Positions 1 through 9,308 of a DNA stretch of 36,981 nucleotides are shown here, piece after piece. The notes under the pieces were generated by a model, which saw only the letters and a list, made by a program, of their open reading frames with translations, had not been told where the DNA came from and ran no database searches. Source of the DNA: a virus (taxonomy: Duplodnaviria > Caudoviricetes); IMG/VR virus record IMGVR_UViG_3300020579_000026, positions 1-36,981 of that record, one strand, 5' to 3'. The position numbers and the translations under genes are program-made. How positions within the stretch are numbered: the first letter of the stretch is position 1; every line of letters starts with the position of its first letter.

Positions 1-251
1 TGCCGACAATCCCCGAAGTCGAAGACATCAAGGCGGTTGACGCCTATCTCGCTGCCTTCGCCAAGATCGTAGACGCTCATGTCGCGACACTTGGGCGCGA
101 GCTTTCGTCAGGCGTAATCGGGGTGGATTTGGACGCCTTCACCGATACGCTTTCTAGTGCTCTTGAGGGCAATGCCTTCTTCGAGATCGCCAAAGCTAGT
201 GATGCAGTCGAGGAAGGAACCGAGATCAGAACTGTGGCTTGGGTGCCGTAG
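1..251 (+). CDS. Hypothetical protein, 5'-truncated
   Basis: Frame is open from base 3 (PTIPEVEDIKAVDAYLAAFAKIV...) to TAG at 249-251, on the same strand as its neighbours. Not in the ORF track. Confidence 0.6.
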   Translation, partial: PTIPEVEDIKAVDAYLAAFAKIVDAHVATLGRELSSGVIGVDLDAFTDTLSSALEGNAFFEIAKASDAVEEGTEIRTVAWVP

Positions 252-298
252 TTGAGTTTTATTTGGTGTTGCCGCTAACGCGGAACAAGGGGGAGAAA

Positions 299-673
299 AT
301 GGACCGCGCAGTCGCAATCAAGAAGTTAGGCAAGATACTTGGCAAGTCACTCGGCTACCGCGTCGACCCGAAGGCGCCGACGCAGGACGAACGGGACGCG
401 GCGAAGCAAGCCCTTAAACCCGTGATCGAAGAACGCGACAAGCTGAAAGAGAAGCGGGACGAACGATACCGCGCGATCCTGGCGGCGGACGCTGAATATC
501 AAAGTCTCCACGCGGCCCACAAGGCGGCGCGTGAAGAAGTAGATCGGCTGGCGTCCATAACTCGCCATTACAAGATGACGGTCGGCATATCGAATGGCAT
601 GTTCTTCCACATTAAAGCCGAAGGCGACTCGTGGGAAGAAGTCATCACCAAACTTTCCGGGAGAGTAAAATGA
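299..673 (+). CDS. Hypothetical coiled-coil phage protein
   Basis: ATG at 299 follows GGGGAG; ATGA overlap with the next gene. Confidence 0.8.
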   Translation: MDRAVAIKKLGKILGKSLGYRVDPKAPTQDERDAAKQALKPVIEERDKLKEKRDERYRAILAADAEYQSLHAAHKAAREEVDRLASITRHYKMTVGISNGMFFHIKAEGDSWEEVITKLSGRVK

Positions 674-1125
674 GCTTCGACACCACACACAAAGGCTTCG
701 CAATTGAATATCTCGAACACAGCAGCACGTGGCATTGTGCGGAGCTTGGATTGGATGCCGGCCAATTGAACGCTCTGCGCAAGTTGATCGACAAATCGGA
801 CGCTGATCGTCGGCGGGTGAATATCCCTGCTTTGCGGCTAGGCGGCCGATGGACGATGCAGAACAAACGAGAGCAAGAACTAGTCGGCTGCACGATTACG
901 CTGCTGATCGATGGCAAGGAAGTCTGGATCAAGAACGAAAAAGGCGAACGCGAAAAGGAATATGCGGCCAATCTGTTTCCAGACACCAACGAAACGCGCG
1001 AGGCACACCAACGCTATCTCGCAGCCTGCGAGGACCATGCAACGGCGCGGCAAGTCATGGAGAACGCCAAGGCTGCAATCCCGCGCGTCTCACTTCCTAC
1101 CGGGATTACCCCAGGTGACCGGTGA
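670..1125 (+). CDS. Hypothetical phage protein
   Basis: ATG at 670 overlaps the upstream TGA and has a GGGAG RBS (MSFDTTHKGF...). Confidence 0.8.
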   Translation: MSFDTTHKGFAIEYLEHSSTWHCAELGLDAGQLNALRKLIDKSDADRRRVNIPALRLGGRWTMQNKREQELVGCTITLLIDGKEVWIKNEKGEREKEYAANLFPDTNETREAHQRYLAACEDHATARQVMENAKAAIPRVSLPTGITPGDR

Positions 1126-1261
1126 AAGAGCCCACACGCCCGCCTCTCTCATGAACCAAATCGGTGCCGCCATGGCCATCCCTCTTTCCGCTTACGTCGC
1201 CCTCGCGCTCGCCGCCGCCACCTTCGCGGTATGGGTGCCGATCATCGTGAGGGGGATGTAG
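1115..1261 (+). CDS. Small membrane peptide (start uncertain: GTG 1115 or ATG 1151)
   Basis: Hydrophobic stretch IPLSAYVALALAAATFAVWVPII; fills the gap between coupled genes. Confidence 0.5.
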   Translation: MTGERAHTPASLMNQIGAAMAIPLSAYVALALAAATFAVWVPIIVRGM

Positions 1262-1262
1262 A

Positions 1263-1448
1263 ATGGGCACGTACATCATTCTACTGCGGCTACCGACCGG
1301 CGAGATCGAGGCGGTGCGCGAGGAAGACACCCACATCCGTACCTTCAAGGGTATCCGCGCCGTCGTCGAATTTGTAAACGACCAGCCGATGTTCACGGGA
1401 ACCACCTGGAACTTTCAGTTCGTGCGACTTGATGCTGACATGACGTGA
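1263..1448 (+). CDS. Hypothetical protein, 61 aa
   Basis: GAGGGGG RBS; ATG lies just after the upstream stop. Confidence 0.7.
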   Translation: MGTYIILLRLPTGEIEAVREEDTHIRTFKGIRAVVEFVNDQPMFTGTTWNFQFVRLDADMT

Positions 1449-1507
1449 CTGAAACCAGCCCTGGGCAAAGGGCTTCGACTTGGCAAAGGCAAAGGGGAGA
1501 CTGAACC

Positions 1508-1738
1508 ATGAGTAAGGCGTTGTTGCTTTCTTACTTCACCCGCGCGGTGGCGGACGCGGTGCATCAAGTTGATCTCGCCATCGCCGATCGCGCCTTCATG
1601 GCTGATCAATCGATGTCCGATTTCAACCTTCGGCGCGCGGAGGATACCTTGCGCGAATTGGCCGATCGCATCGCCGGCCAGCGCCATCGGCTGTTGTGCG
1701 AACAGCCAGGATTTCAGTTCCTTCAGGCCGCGGAGTAG
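1508..1738 (+). CDS. Hypothetical protein, 76 aa
   Basis: GGGGAG RBS; helical sequence ending QAAE. Confidence 0.75.
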   Translation: MSKALLLSYFTRAVADAVHQVDLAIADRAFMADQSMSDFNLRRAEDTLRELADRIAGQRHRLLCEQPGFQFLQAAE

Positions 1739-1743
1739 GTGCG

Positions 1744-2526
1744 ATGAACGATCTCGGCATCGATATTCCCGCTGGCGACCGAATGGTCACGCGCGTGGAC
1801 AACCATCCCGATCAAATCACGCTCGCGCGCGATACGTATCGCGAACTCAATAACTTCCTCAAAGAAACGCCCGCCGTCACCAACGCTAAGGAAGCGAAAG
1901 ACGCCGCACGCTGGCTCGAAAGCGTCAAGGTCACGCTTGAGGAACTCGACGGCGAACGGCGCGGCAAGGTCGATCCACTCAATGCGCAGGTCAAGGCGAT
2001 CAACGACGCCTACCGGCCGGCGCGGGAATCTCTCGATCGGTTACTTGCGGTTCTGCGCGACCGCCTCAACGCCTTCGCGCGAGCGCAGGAAGCCGCGCGC
2101 GCTGCCGAGGCCGCGCGATTGGCCGCCGAAGCAGCAGAAGCCGAACGCCTGGCACGGGAAGCCGAAGCCCGCGAACAAGATGCTATTGCGGCGGCGGACG
2201 TGGGCGAATGCGGAATCGATATCGGCCAAGCGATCGAGCAAGCGGACGCGAGTTTTGCCGATTACAAGGTTGCAGCGCGCGCCGCTGCGATTGCCGAACG
2301 CGCAGTCCCGGTTCGATTCGGCAGTGCACTCGGAGGCCGCAGCATGGCATTGCGGGCCAAGGAAACCCTAACGGTCGATGATCCGATTGCCGCCCTCAAG
2401 GCCCTCGCCAAGGTCGGCCTGTCGGAGAAATTGGTCGACGCGATCCTGTCCGACGCCCGCGCCTACCGCAAACTCAAGAAAGAACTACCCGCCGGAATAT
2501 CATCGTCAACCCAAAGGAGTCTGTGA
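1744..2526 (+). CDS. Coiled-coil recombination-module protein (Gam/Gp157-like accessory)
   Basis: ATG at 1744; long coiled coil with ERRGKVDPLNAQVKAINDAYRP; lies directly upstream of the annealing protein. Confidence 0.65.
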   Translation: MNDLGIDIPAGDRMVTRVDNHPDQITLARDTYRELNNFLKETPAVTNAKEAKDAARWLESVKVTLEELDGERRGKVDPLNAQVKAINDAYRPARESLDRLLAVLRDRLNAFARAQEAARAAEAARLAAEAAEAERLAREAEAREQDAIAAADVGECGIDIGQAIEQADASFADYKVAARAAAIAERAVPVRFGSALGGRSMALRAKETLTVDDPIAALKALAKVGLSEKLVDAILSDARAYRKLKKELPAGISSSTQRSL

Positions 2527-3200
2527 TGAGTACCGATCTATTTGCCAAACTCAAGGCCCCGTTCGCACCTGACAAAGTGTCATGGCGCATTGGTGCGACG
2601 ACCGAGAAGAAAGATCGTGGCCTTGCCATGTGCTACATCGACGCGCGTGACGTTGCCGATCGGCTCGACGAAGCCTGCGGCCCCGGCGGCTGGTGCAACG
2701 ATTATCCGCACGCCAATGGCAAGACCGTGTGCCGCATCGGCATCAAGGTCGGCGACGAATGGATTTTCAAGGCGGACGGCGCGGGCGATACCGACTACGA
2801 GGCGGAAAAAGGGGCACTGTCGGACGCCTTCAAACGCGCCGCCGTGCGCTGGGGAGTCGGGCGCTACTTGTACGACGTTCCTTCGACGTGGGTCGATATC
2901 GAAATGAAAGGTAAGACTGCGGTCATCCTGCCGGCGGAAGCTGAGCGGCTCAAGCGGCTACTCGCGAGCAACGGCAAACCAGCCGCGAATGGCCTTGCTG
3001 GCGCACAGGAACGCGCAGCCTCGATCCTCATCAACGAATTGCGCACACAAAAGACTGCGGGCGCGCTCAAAGACTGGGGCGAGAGCGAAGACGTACAAAA
3101 GCGCATTGCCGCGCTTGATACCCCGAACAAGGAACGCGTGCGCGCGGACTTCGGCGCTTCCATGCGCGCGCTCATCATGGCTGAACGGGTTGCTGCGTAA
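2526..3200 (+). CDS. Rad52/Rad22-family single-strand annealing protein (Sak-like)
   Basis: Motifs LKAPF..DKVSWR, YIDARDVADRLD and EAEKGALSDAFKRAAVRWGVGRYLY. Confidence 0.92.
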   Translation: MSTDLFAKLKAPFAPDKVSWRIGATTEKKDRGLAMCYIDARDVADRLDEACGPGGWCNDYPHANGKTVCRIGIKVGDEWIFKADGAGDTDYEAEKGALSDAFKRAAVRWGVGRYLYDVPSTWVDIEMKGKTAVILPAEAERLKRLLASNGKPAANGLAGAQERAASILINELRTQKTAGALKDWGESEDVQKRIAALDTPNKERVRADFGASMRALIMAERVAA

Positions 3201-3230
3201 CGCGGGCATGTAGGAAAGGACATCCCGCGC

Positions 3231-3281
3231 CGCGGGCGGCGAAACACTGTTCCCCCAGTTCGTCGCCCGCGCTCTTTCTTT
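3231..3281 (+). terminator. Putative intrinsic terminator/attenuator
   Basis: Stem CGCGGGCGGCGAA/TTCGTCGCCCGCG followed by CTCTTTCTTT, downstream of the Sak-like stop. Confidence 0.55.
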
Positions 3282-3302
3282 CAATCGAAAAGGACCACTC
3301 TC

Positions 3303-3524
3303 ATGCAGATTAAACGTCAAAACCCGAGCGGGCGCATGACCAACCTTGCTCTCGGCTGGCCGCGCAGCGTCGGAATGAAACGGGATGGCGATGATCTCGC
3401 CGTCACTTTCAACGTTGACGCGACCAACTCCGCGACCGGCATTTCCTACCACGTCGTTATTTCAGAAGCGCAGTTCGATATTCTCTATGCCCAAGCCAAG
3501 GAACTGGCCAAGGAATTCAAATGA
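3303..3524 (+). CDS. Hypothetical protein, 73 aa
   Basis: AAGGA RBS; ATGA overlap with the next gene. Confidence 0.75.
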   Translation: MQIKRQNPSGRMTNLALGWPRSVGMKRDGDDLAVTFNVDATNSATGISYHVVISEAQFDILYAQAKELAKEFK

Positions 3525-3919
3525 GATTCTTCAAACGCCGCCGCCTTTCGGCCTCCGCACGTGAGGAACTTTACGACCGCGTGCTCGCGGAGCAGATCGC
3601 GGCAGGACTGACGACATCGAACCCACTCTGTAATATTTGCGGACTCCCCATCATCCGCGGCATCCGCTGGCACGAATCGCACATGCCGGCGCCGCACGCT
3701 ATCACTGGCGCACCGGCTGACGGACTGGCCCATCCAAAATGCAACATCGAGCACAATCACAAGGTCGACACGCCTTGGGTCGCCAAGTCCAAACGCCAGC
3801 GCAGACGCGATATCGGGGCGACTTTATCACGCTCCCCATTACCGGGAGGGCGGGAGGATTACCGCAAGAAGACCTTGCGGGGCGAAGTCATCAACCGCAA
3901 AACAGGAGAACCGCTATGA
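3521..3919 (+). CDS. HNH-like zinc-binding nuclease-family protein
   Basis: CNIC...WHESH...AHPKCN pattern and a basic tail (PLPGGR..RKKTLRGEV). Confidence 0.75.
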   Translation: MRFFKRRRLSASAREELYDRVLAEQIAAGLTTSNPLCNICGLPIIRGIRWHESHMPAPHAITGAPADGLAHPKCNIEHNHKVDTPWVAKSKRQRRRDIGATLSRSPLPGGREDYRKKTLRGEVINRKTGEPL

Positions 3920-4611
3920 GCCTCGCAGACATTCCCTTCGGCAAGCGTCACCGCAAGATCAGCAACGGCCCCGCCGTCGCCATGCCCGATCTTCCCCGCA
4001 TTCCGCAATTCCTCGCCGAAGGCCCTAATACGATGGAGGAAGCAGTGGCAGAAACCGCGCGCCTGTCTGCCCAAGGCCGACAATCCGCCATCGTTACGAC
4101 CGACGATGCCGGCCCGGTGGCAGTAGACCTTACCGATCCGCCGATCACCGCAAAGCGGGCGGCCTCCTTGATCGAACACCAGATGAAGGACCATGCCAAG
4201 GACTTGCGCGATACCCGCGACAAGGCGGTCACTGCATTTAATTCCCTTGCCGATGAATTTCAACGCATGTGTGAGGAAGGAGCAAGAGCGGTTCAGCTTG
4301 CCGCCGATCAGGCGAAGATTCTCGTCGAGCATTGCGAGAATTCCGAAGCCGACATGGCTACCGCCTCAAAGCGCATGATGGAACGGCAGACGAATCTTCT
4401 GCATGGCGTGCGCAATACGATGGTCGCAGTTCTTGTCGCCCGCGATAATCTCACCCATGGGGGAGCGCTGCTCAATGACGACCAGTTGGCCGCGCAGGCG
4501 CTCGCACAATCGATCACCAATCTCGAAAAGATCGCCCCCAATGCGACGATCTTGAAGAAACTCCGCACGTTGATCGACGCGCCAGCCGAAGAAACTCAGG
4601 GAGATTCCTGA
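3916..4611 (+). CDS. Hypothetical coiled-coil protein
   Basis: ATG at 3916 has an AGGAG RBS and overlaps the upstream TGA. Confidence 0.75.
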   Translation: MSLADIPFGKRHRKISNGPAVAMPDLPRIPQFLAEGPNTMEEAVAETARLSAQGRQSAIVTTDDAGPVAVDLTDPPITAKRAASLIEHQMKDHAKDLRDTRDKAVTAFNSLADEFQRMCEEGARAVQLAADQAKILVEHCENSEADMATASKRMMERQTNLLHGVRNTMVAVLVARDNLTHGGALLNDDQLAAQALAQSITNLEKIAPNATILKKLRTLIDAPAEETQGDS

Positions 4612-4706
4612 TGAACCCAAGAGACTTCTTTCACTTCATCCGGCTCTTGGGCGTTCTTGGCGTGTTGATCGCTGGGTGTTTTGTGGTGGCGGTCTTCATT
4701 TTCTAG
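4611..4706 (+). CDS. Small membrane peptide, 31 aa (MNPRDFFHFIRLLGVLGVLIAGCFVVAVFIF)
   Basis: TGATG coupling, GGGAG RBS and a single hydrophobic helix; too short for the ORF track. Confidence 0.55.
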   Translation: MNPRDFFHFIRLLGVLGVLIAGCFVVAVFIF

Positions 4707-4854
4707 GGAGATTCCGCGCGGTTCCTTCCATAAACACCACCCGCACGGCCGGTCGTTCTCCCAATCCCAATCGGCGCAGCCGCGCTGGCGACAGGGATGG
4801 GTGAGGAAGATCGAGGCCGGTTTTTCCATTTTTCTAAAATTGTCCTGCCGACGA

Positions 4855-6741
4855 TCACCGCATCTTAATCGCATAGACCCGAACGTTAATCGTTGCCCCG
4901 ACGTTGTTATAGATGCGGAAATTCGCCGACGTATCCCAAGCGACCGATGACAACCCACCTGAAGGGGTTCTAGTGGAGGCCGTCCACCCGGCGGTCCCTC
5001 CCACTAAAGATGTAGTAGTGGCGCTATCCCCGACGTAAATTCCGATCTGGCCTCCCCCGACATCTTGGACTATAAACACATATCCGCCGCTTCCAGCTAT
5101 AACGAGATTGTTGGCATTAAGCACCGCCGACGTACTCTGTCCGGTATTGTCAATCTGCGCTGAGCCGACCGCCTGGCTCAATGTTTCGGCCCCAGAGAGC
5201 GCAAGCGACGTGAGCGTACCAAGACCTGTTATGCCCGTATAGGCGCCGCTCAACTGACCGGATGCAGCCGTGCCAGAAATATCAGAAAAGGCTGGCTGGC
5301 TTTTCGTGGATGAACCATCATCGGCAATCGCGCGTATCCATTGACTCGCCGTCGCCGCGACTGTCTGCACTGCGTGATTGACCGTGCCGGCATCGTTCTT
5401 AGCCGCGATATTTTTCGACGTGGAATCGACGTAGATGCGCGTCTTGCCGGCGGCTGGCGAGGAAGGCGCTGCGGTATTCGTTGCGAGAAGATCACCGACC
5501 ATAACCGTGTCGTTCTCGACTTGAACCACGGTGGGATTTGGATAGGTGCCGCCAAGATCGCCGCCCGCCGACCCACTCGGCTGACCTGTTGTATTGCCCG
5601 TTCCCCCGCTCGCCACCGGGATCGGCAGGTCGGAGAGATCGGTCGAGGCCAGCGCGCCCTTGCCCCCGACGATGGTCCAACCGAGTCCGTCAGCAGTGGC
5701 TTCCAATAAGACGAAATCGAAAGCACGTTTGAGAACGACAGAAGTGGCAACTCCGTTGATTAGTTCCCCGCCCTGTGGAGCAATAGACAGTGTATTTGTC
5801 GCAGTAACCGCGCCGGCCTCGTCGGTTATTAACGCCAGCGACGAAAACATCTGCGCGGACACTGGCAAAGTCCACGTCCGGGGGGTGCTAAGCCCCGCCG
5901 CCGTAGTGTGGTAAATCGCCAGCGTGGACTGACGCGCACTCAACGTGGCATTCGTATCCCCGATACCGATAGTGGACCGCGCCAAGACGGGGAACCGAGA
6001 GAACCCTCCTTGTTTCGTCGAATTGTCACTTAGATAAAATTCTGCAAACGCGCCAGGAAGGAAACTCGTGCCCGGATAGACGTTCGCCCCCGAAAAATCG
6101 TTGACCGTAACGGGAAACGTTCCCGCATTGTGTATCAACAATAATCGACCTTTCGCAAGACTGCCGGGCACATTCATCTGTGGCAATGTAAGCGTCAATC
6201 CTCCTGCGGTTGGTGTGAAGTCAAACACTAGCGGCGGCGTGTTCGCCATCTGGTAGTTAACGCCAGAAGTGACGGCGAGGTAGGACGGCGGAACGATGCT
6301 TTGGTTGTAAGCATCAATCACGCTAAGAAGGTTAGCTATGGTATCAATAATAGTTGCGCCAAAAAAGAAGCCAGTCGAAGTGCTGGCAAAAGCAACCGCA
6401 ATATCCACATGGGTTGCGTCTATTCGTGTAATGGCTTGATTGCCGTCGTAAAGACCGCCGGTCCCACTGATGTTATAAACCGCACCAGTGGTGAATTGGA
6501 ACGGCGAAGGGTTCTCACCTGGGGACAGCGTGAAACGTGTCCCACCACCTCCGTTGCTGGCAGCGGACACAATGTTTGGCGTAGTCGAGGCAGGGTTAGG
6601 TGCCTGCGTCGATAGCCACGCTAGAAAGCCGGCGTCGCTGACAACAACAAAGGCGCCAGTGGCGACATTCCAAACCTGCGTACCCGGAGAACTATCGTTG
6701 ACGGTAGTGTATGATGTTGCAAAGTTTGTACTGACAGGCAT
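4855..6741 (-). CDS. Tail fibre / receptor-binding-type virion protein
   Basis: 628 aa, G/S/T/A-rich, with fibre motifs PIPVASGGTG and AGGDLGGTYPNPTV; TAATG coupling to the upstream gene. Confidence 0.75.
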   Translation of the reverse strand: MPVSTNFATSYTTVNDSSPGTQVWNVATGAFVVVSDAGFLAWLSTQAPNPASTTPNIVSAASNGGGGTRFTLSPGENPSPFQFTTGAVYNISGTGGLYDGNQAITRIDATHVDIAVAFASTSTGFFFGATIIDTIANLLSVIDAYNQSIVPPSYLAVTSGVNYQMANTPPLVFDFTPTAGGLTLTLPQMNVPGSLAKGRLLLIHNAGTFPVTVNDFSGANVYPGTSFLPGAFAEFYLSDNSTKQGGFSRFPVLARSTIGIGDTNATLSARQSTLAIYHTTAAGLSTPRTWTLPVSAQMFSSLALITDEAGAVTATNTLSIAPQGGELINGVATSVVLKRAFDFVLLEATADGLGWTIVGGKGALASTDLSDLPIPVASGGTGNTTGQPSGSAGGDLGGTYPNPTVVQVENDTVMVGDLLATNTAAPSSPAAGKTRIYVDSTSKNIAAKNDAGTVNHAVQTVAATASQWIRAIADDGSSTKSQPAFSDISGTAASGQLSGAYTGITGLGTLTSLALSGAETLSQAVGSAQIDNTGQSTSAVLNANNLVIAGSGGYVFIVQDVGGGQIGIYVGDSATTTSLVGGTAGWTASTRTPSGGLSSVAWDTSANFRIYNNVGATINVRVYAIKMR

Positions 6742-7634
6742 TAGAGATATTGCCCTCCGGATGATGTGCTTCCAGGCGAGTTCCCAGGCAGATAGTTCAC
6801 ACCGGCACCGCCAGTGTAAATAACGCCGTTCAAAGAAGCGGCAAATTTAGACGCATGCACCGTGGGCGTTCCACCAGATACCGAATCCTTAAACGTATTA
6901 TTTCCAAATACAATTAGCCCGGAGAACACTGCCTGAACAAACACATTAAAAGTGCGTGTGCCAACAAAAACTATTCCGCAATTGCCGAGGAACACGGTTC
7001 CTGAGTTCACATCGACGTGGGTGAACGAAGCGTCCCCGCTTATGGTGTAGTGATCCCCCTGCGGACCATTAACTTGCGCACCGACACCACAAAATATATG
7101 GACATTGGTGCAGGCCCCGAACGTGACACCAGTGCCAATCGTTACTACACCAATTCCATTCATATAAAGACAGATACCGTTTGTGGAAACTAATGTAACA
7201 TTCTGAGGCATAAACTGCCCCGGAATGGTTCCTGAAATATATATTGAGTTTGCCGCCGTTATCGAACCGCCGCCGCCATCATAAACAAAGCTTCCTCCAC
7301 CCGTCCATCCGGTCACATTCAGCGTTTGAGTAAACGCCGCGTGCCCCGCCACCGCCTGCAAGGTGACGGTCTGCCCGCCGAAGTCGAACACGCTTGTTAA
7401 TTGACTCATGGCGTAGGCAAACGTGAGCCACGGTGCCGCCGCAGTGCCCCCGGTCGCGACATCGACCCCATTGGTAGCGACATAAAAGACGTTTCCGGGA
7501 TAGAGTGACGACGGGAGTACGATTCTTCCACCCGAACCGCCTCCCGTCACGAACGCCGTCGAGGCCGCCCGGTTATCCGAAGTGCCGCGGGGAGCAGTAG
7601 GAACGATCCAATTGGGATTGAGGCGTCCGACCAT
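6741..7634 (-). CDS. Tail spike/fibre-associated protein, probable beta-helix
   Basis: ASTAFV, FYVATNG.D..GGTAAAPWLT and a C-terminal YLPGNSPGSTSSGGQY; ATG at 7634 preferred as start. Confidence 0.7.
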   Translation of the reverse strand: MVGRLNPNWIVPTAPRGTSDNRAASTAFVTGGGSGGRIVLPSSLYPGNVFYVATNGVDVATGGTAAAPWLTFAYAMSQLTSVFDFGGQTVTLQAVAGHAAFTQTLNVTGWTGGGSFVYDGGGGSITAANSIYISGTIPGQFMPQNVTLVSTNGICLYMNGIGVVTIGTGVTFGACTNVHIFCGVGAQVNGPQGDHYTISGDASFTHVDVNSGTVFLGNCGIVFVGTRTFNVFVQAVFSGLIVFGNNTFKDSVSGGTPTVHASKFAASLNGVIYTGGAGVNYLPGNSPGSTSSGGQYL

Positions 7635-7661
7635 GCGGCACAATTCTAAAGTGATTCGCGC

Positions 7662-8096
7662 TCAATAGGGCGAAGTCGCAACCGTCAATGAACAGGTTGT
7701 CCCCGCCTGTGCGGCAGCGACCCAGGCAAAGGCGGCAACGGAACCCGCCAAGGGGAGATAATCTTGCGGAAGGATCACGTAGCCCCCGCCTGGTGATCCG
7801 AAGGTGGCCGCGATCGAGGACGGCGAGACAATGACCGCCGTTGCGCTCATCGGATTATGGAAAAGGATTCCGGTCCTTGGATTCTGCGAGGTATCGGGGG
7901 CAAGCACTTGGCTGGTTGCCGTGCCGAGCGCATTGAAAGCAAGCGTGGTGCCGATGGCGAGCGCATTCGAGCGGTAGGCGATGTTGTTGGCTTGGCCGAG
8001 ATTGCGGGCAATGGCTTGAAGCTGGGTGACCGCATCGGCAAGGGAAGAAACCCCGGAAAGAGGATTGGCGGCGGTCTGTGAGTCGAGGAAGGACAT
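7662..8096 (-). CDS. Small virion structural protein
   Basis: N-terminal helix followed by a beta-rich domain (RTGILFHNP); located in the late operon. Confidence 0.6.
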   Translation of the reverse strand: MSFLDSQTAANPLSGVSSLADAVTQLQAIARNLGQANNIAYRSNALAIGTTLAFNALGTATSQVLAPDTSQNPRTGILFHNPMSATAVIVSPSSIAATFGSPGGGYVILPQDYLPLAGSVAAFAWVAAAQAGTTCSLTVATSPY

Positions 8097-8141
8097 GGGA
8101 GTCAGGTTTGGTTCATGAGGGAGGCTTGCTTGTTTGTTCGT

Positions 8142-8429
8142 TCACCAGTCACCTGCGGGCACGGCAAGCCGTAGACCCCAAACGAAAGGCTTCCCGCAAT
8201 GATAAAGTTCGATTGTCTCGCCGACGCAAATAACTCCATCGGCACGCTCTACTACGGCCGGGTCAGCCCCTATCGGACAAGGCGCGATAAGCCAACCTGC
8301 CTCATTGTCAGTCTTGGCCATGAAACTTTCCGTCGCGGGATCGTTCCATGAGATCGCGCGAATGTTTGTTTGGCCGTTAGCAACACCGAATGCAAACGTA
8401 TAACCGGACGCGCTGGTAAAAATCTTCAT
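8142..8429 (-). CDS. Hypothetical protein, 95 aa
   Basis: ATGA coupling with 8426..8677. Confidence 0.65.
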   Translation of the reverse strand: MKIFTSASGYTFAFGVANGQTNIRAISWNDPATESFMAKTDNEAGWLIAPCPIGADPAVVERADGVICVGETIELYHCGKPFVWGLRLAVPAGDW

Positions 8430-8677
8430 TTTCCCGGCCCTTGCTTTCTTAGCCTTTCAACGGCGGCAATCAGTTGTTCCCCGGACATGGGCGCACCGAA
8501 TTTTCCCCGGCCAAAGAATTGATCGGCGTCAATCTCAATAGAGCGGCGCCGGCCCTTGCGGGTGCCGTCCTTCGACCAATAGGCGACAATTTCGATGATC
8601 GATGGCCAGCCTTGTTCCGGGTCGGAAACCGGGGCGCGGTCAAGATCGCCGCGGGGAGGCGCGATGTTAGGAGGCAT
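8426..8677 (-). CDS. Hypothetical protein, 83 aa
   Basis: GAGG RBS; overlaps the HNH gene end and the next start. Confidence 0.65.
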   Translation of the reverse strand: MPPNIAPPRGDLDRAPVSDPEQGWPSIIEIVAYWSKDGTRKGRRRSIEIDADQFFGRGKFGAPMSGEQLIAAVERLRKQGPGK

Positions 8678-9308
8678 GGGGTTTAGCCTCTCGTTTAGAC
8701 GCCCAATAAGCGCTCATTTTGGCCCTAGTTTCTGGCGTATGTTTGCAGCCCTTAAAATTTACCTCGCCCCCTGCCGCAAAGAATTTCTGTCTCCCCTCAC
8801 TTATTTTCCTTTTGTGTTCCTCGGAAAACGGACCTTTCGGTATTCCTTTCATCTTGCCTATATTTCCCAAGCTTATTTTACGGCGTGTTTCGGCAGAATG
8901 ATGTGTGCCAAACAAAGGATGGTTTTTACCTCTATTTCTTTCTTTGCTCTTGATTCCTATTTTCCGTCGCGTTTCCTCCGAATACGGCCGCCCCATCTGG
9001 TTTTCTATAAATTTACGCCGCAACCATCCATAAAGTTTATTTCCGTGGCGTCCGTTACCCCTTCCATGCCCCGTACCCGTCATTGCAATAGCCGCCCACA
9101 ACAGCTTTCCATTCCCTGGATGCATCTTAACCAGAAGTTGATGTGCAACATAATGTTCTTCCGGCGTTAAATTGACCAAATTAGCATCGTCATCCGAACC
9201 ACCCAAACATTTTGGCACAATATGATGCGTCTCAAAGACCCCATTAACCGTTCGGGGCCTGCCGTACGCGCCCATAACCAACGATGCGTATATCTTTCTA
9301 TAGTTCAT
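8667..9308 (-). CDS. HNH homing endonuclease with NUMOD3 repeats
   Basis: ETHHIVPKCLGGSDDDANLVNLTPEEHYVAH, then repeats YSEETRRKI, HSAETRRKIS, FSEEHKRKIS and HTPETRAKMS; AT-richer than its flanks. Confidence 0.92.
   Translation of the reverse strand: MNYRKIYASLVMGAYGRPRTVNGVFETHHIVPKCLGGSDDDANLVNLTPEEHYVAHQLLVKMHPGNGKLLWAAIAMTGTGHGRGNGRHGNKLYGWLRRKFIENQMGRPYSEETRRKIGIKSKERNRGKNHPLFGTHHSAETRRKISLGNIGKMKGIPKGPFSEEHKRKISEGRQKFFAAGGEVNFKGCKHTPETRAKMSAYWASKREAKPHAS

Noticed and set aside
4855-7634. Diversity-generating retroelement or invertible tail-fibre cassette
   Set aside because: No reverse transcriptase, template/variable repeat pair or invertase seen in the window.
1148-8119. 13-bp inverted match CTCATGAACCAAA at 1148-1160 and 8107-8119 as inversion sites
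   Set aside because: A single short match is plausible by chance in 37 kb, and no recombinase is present.
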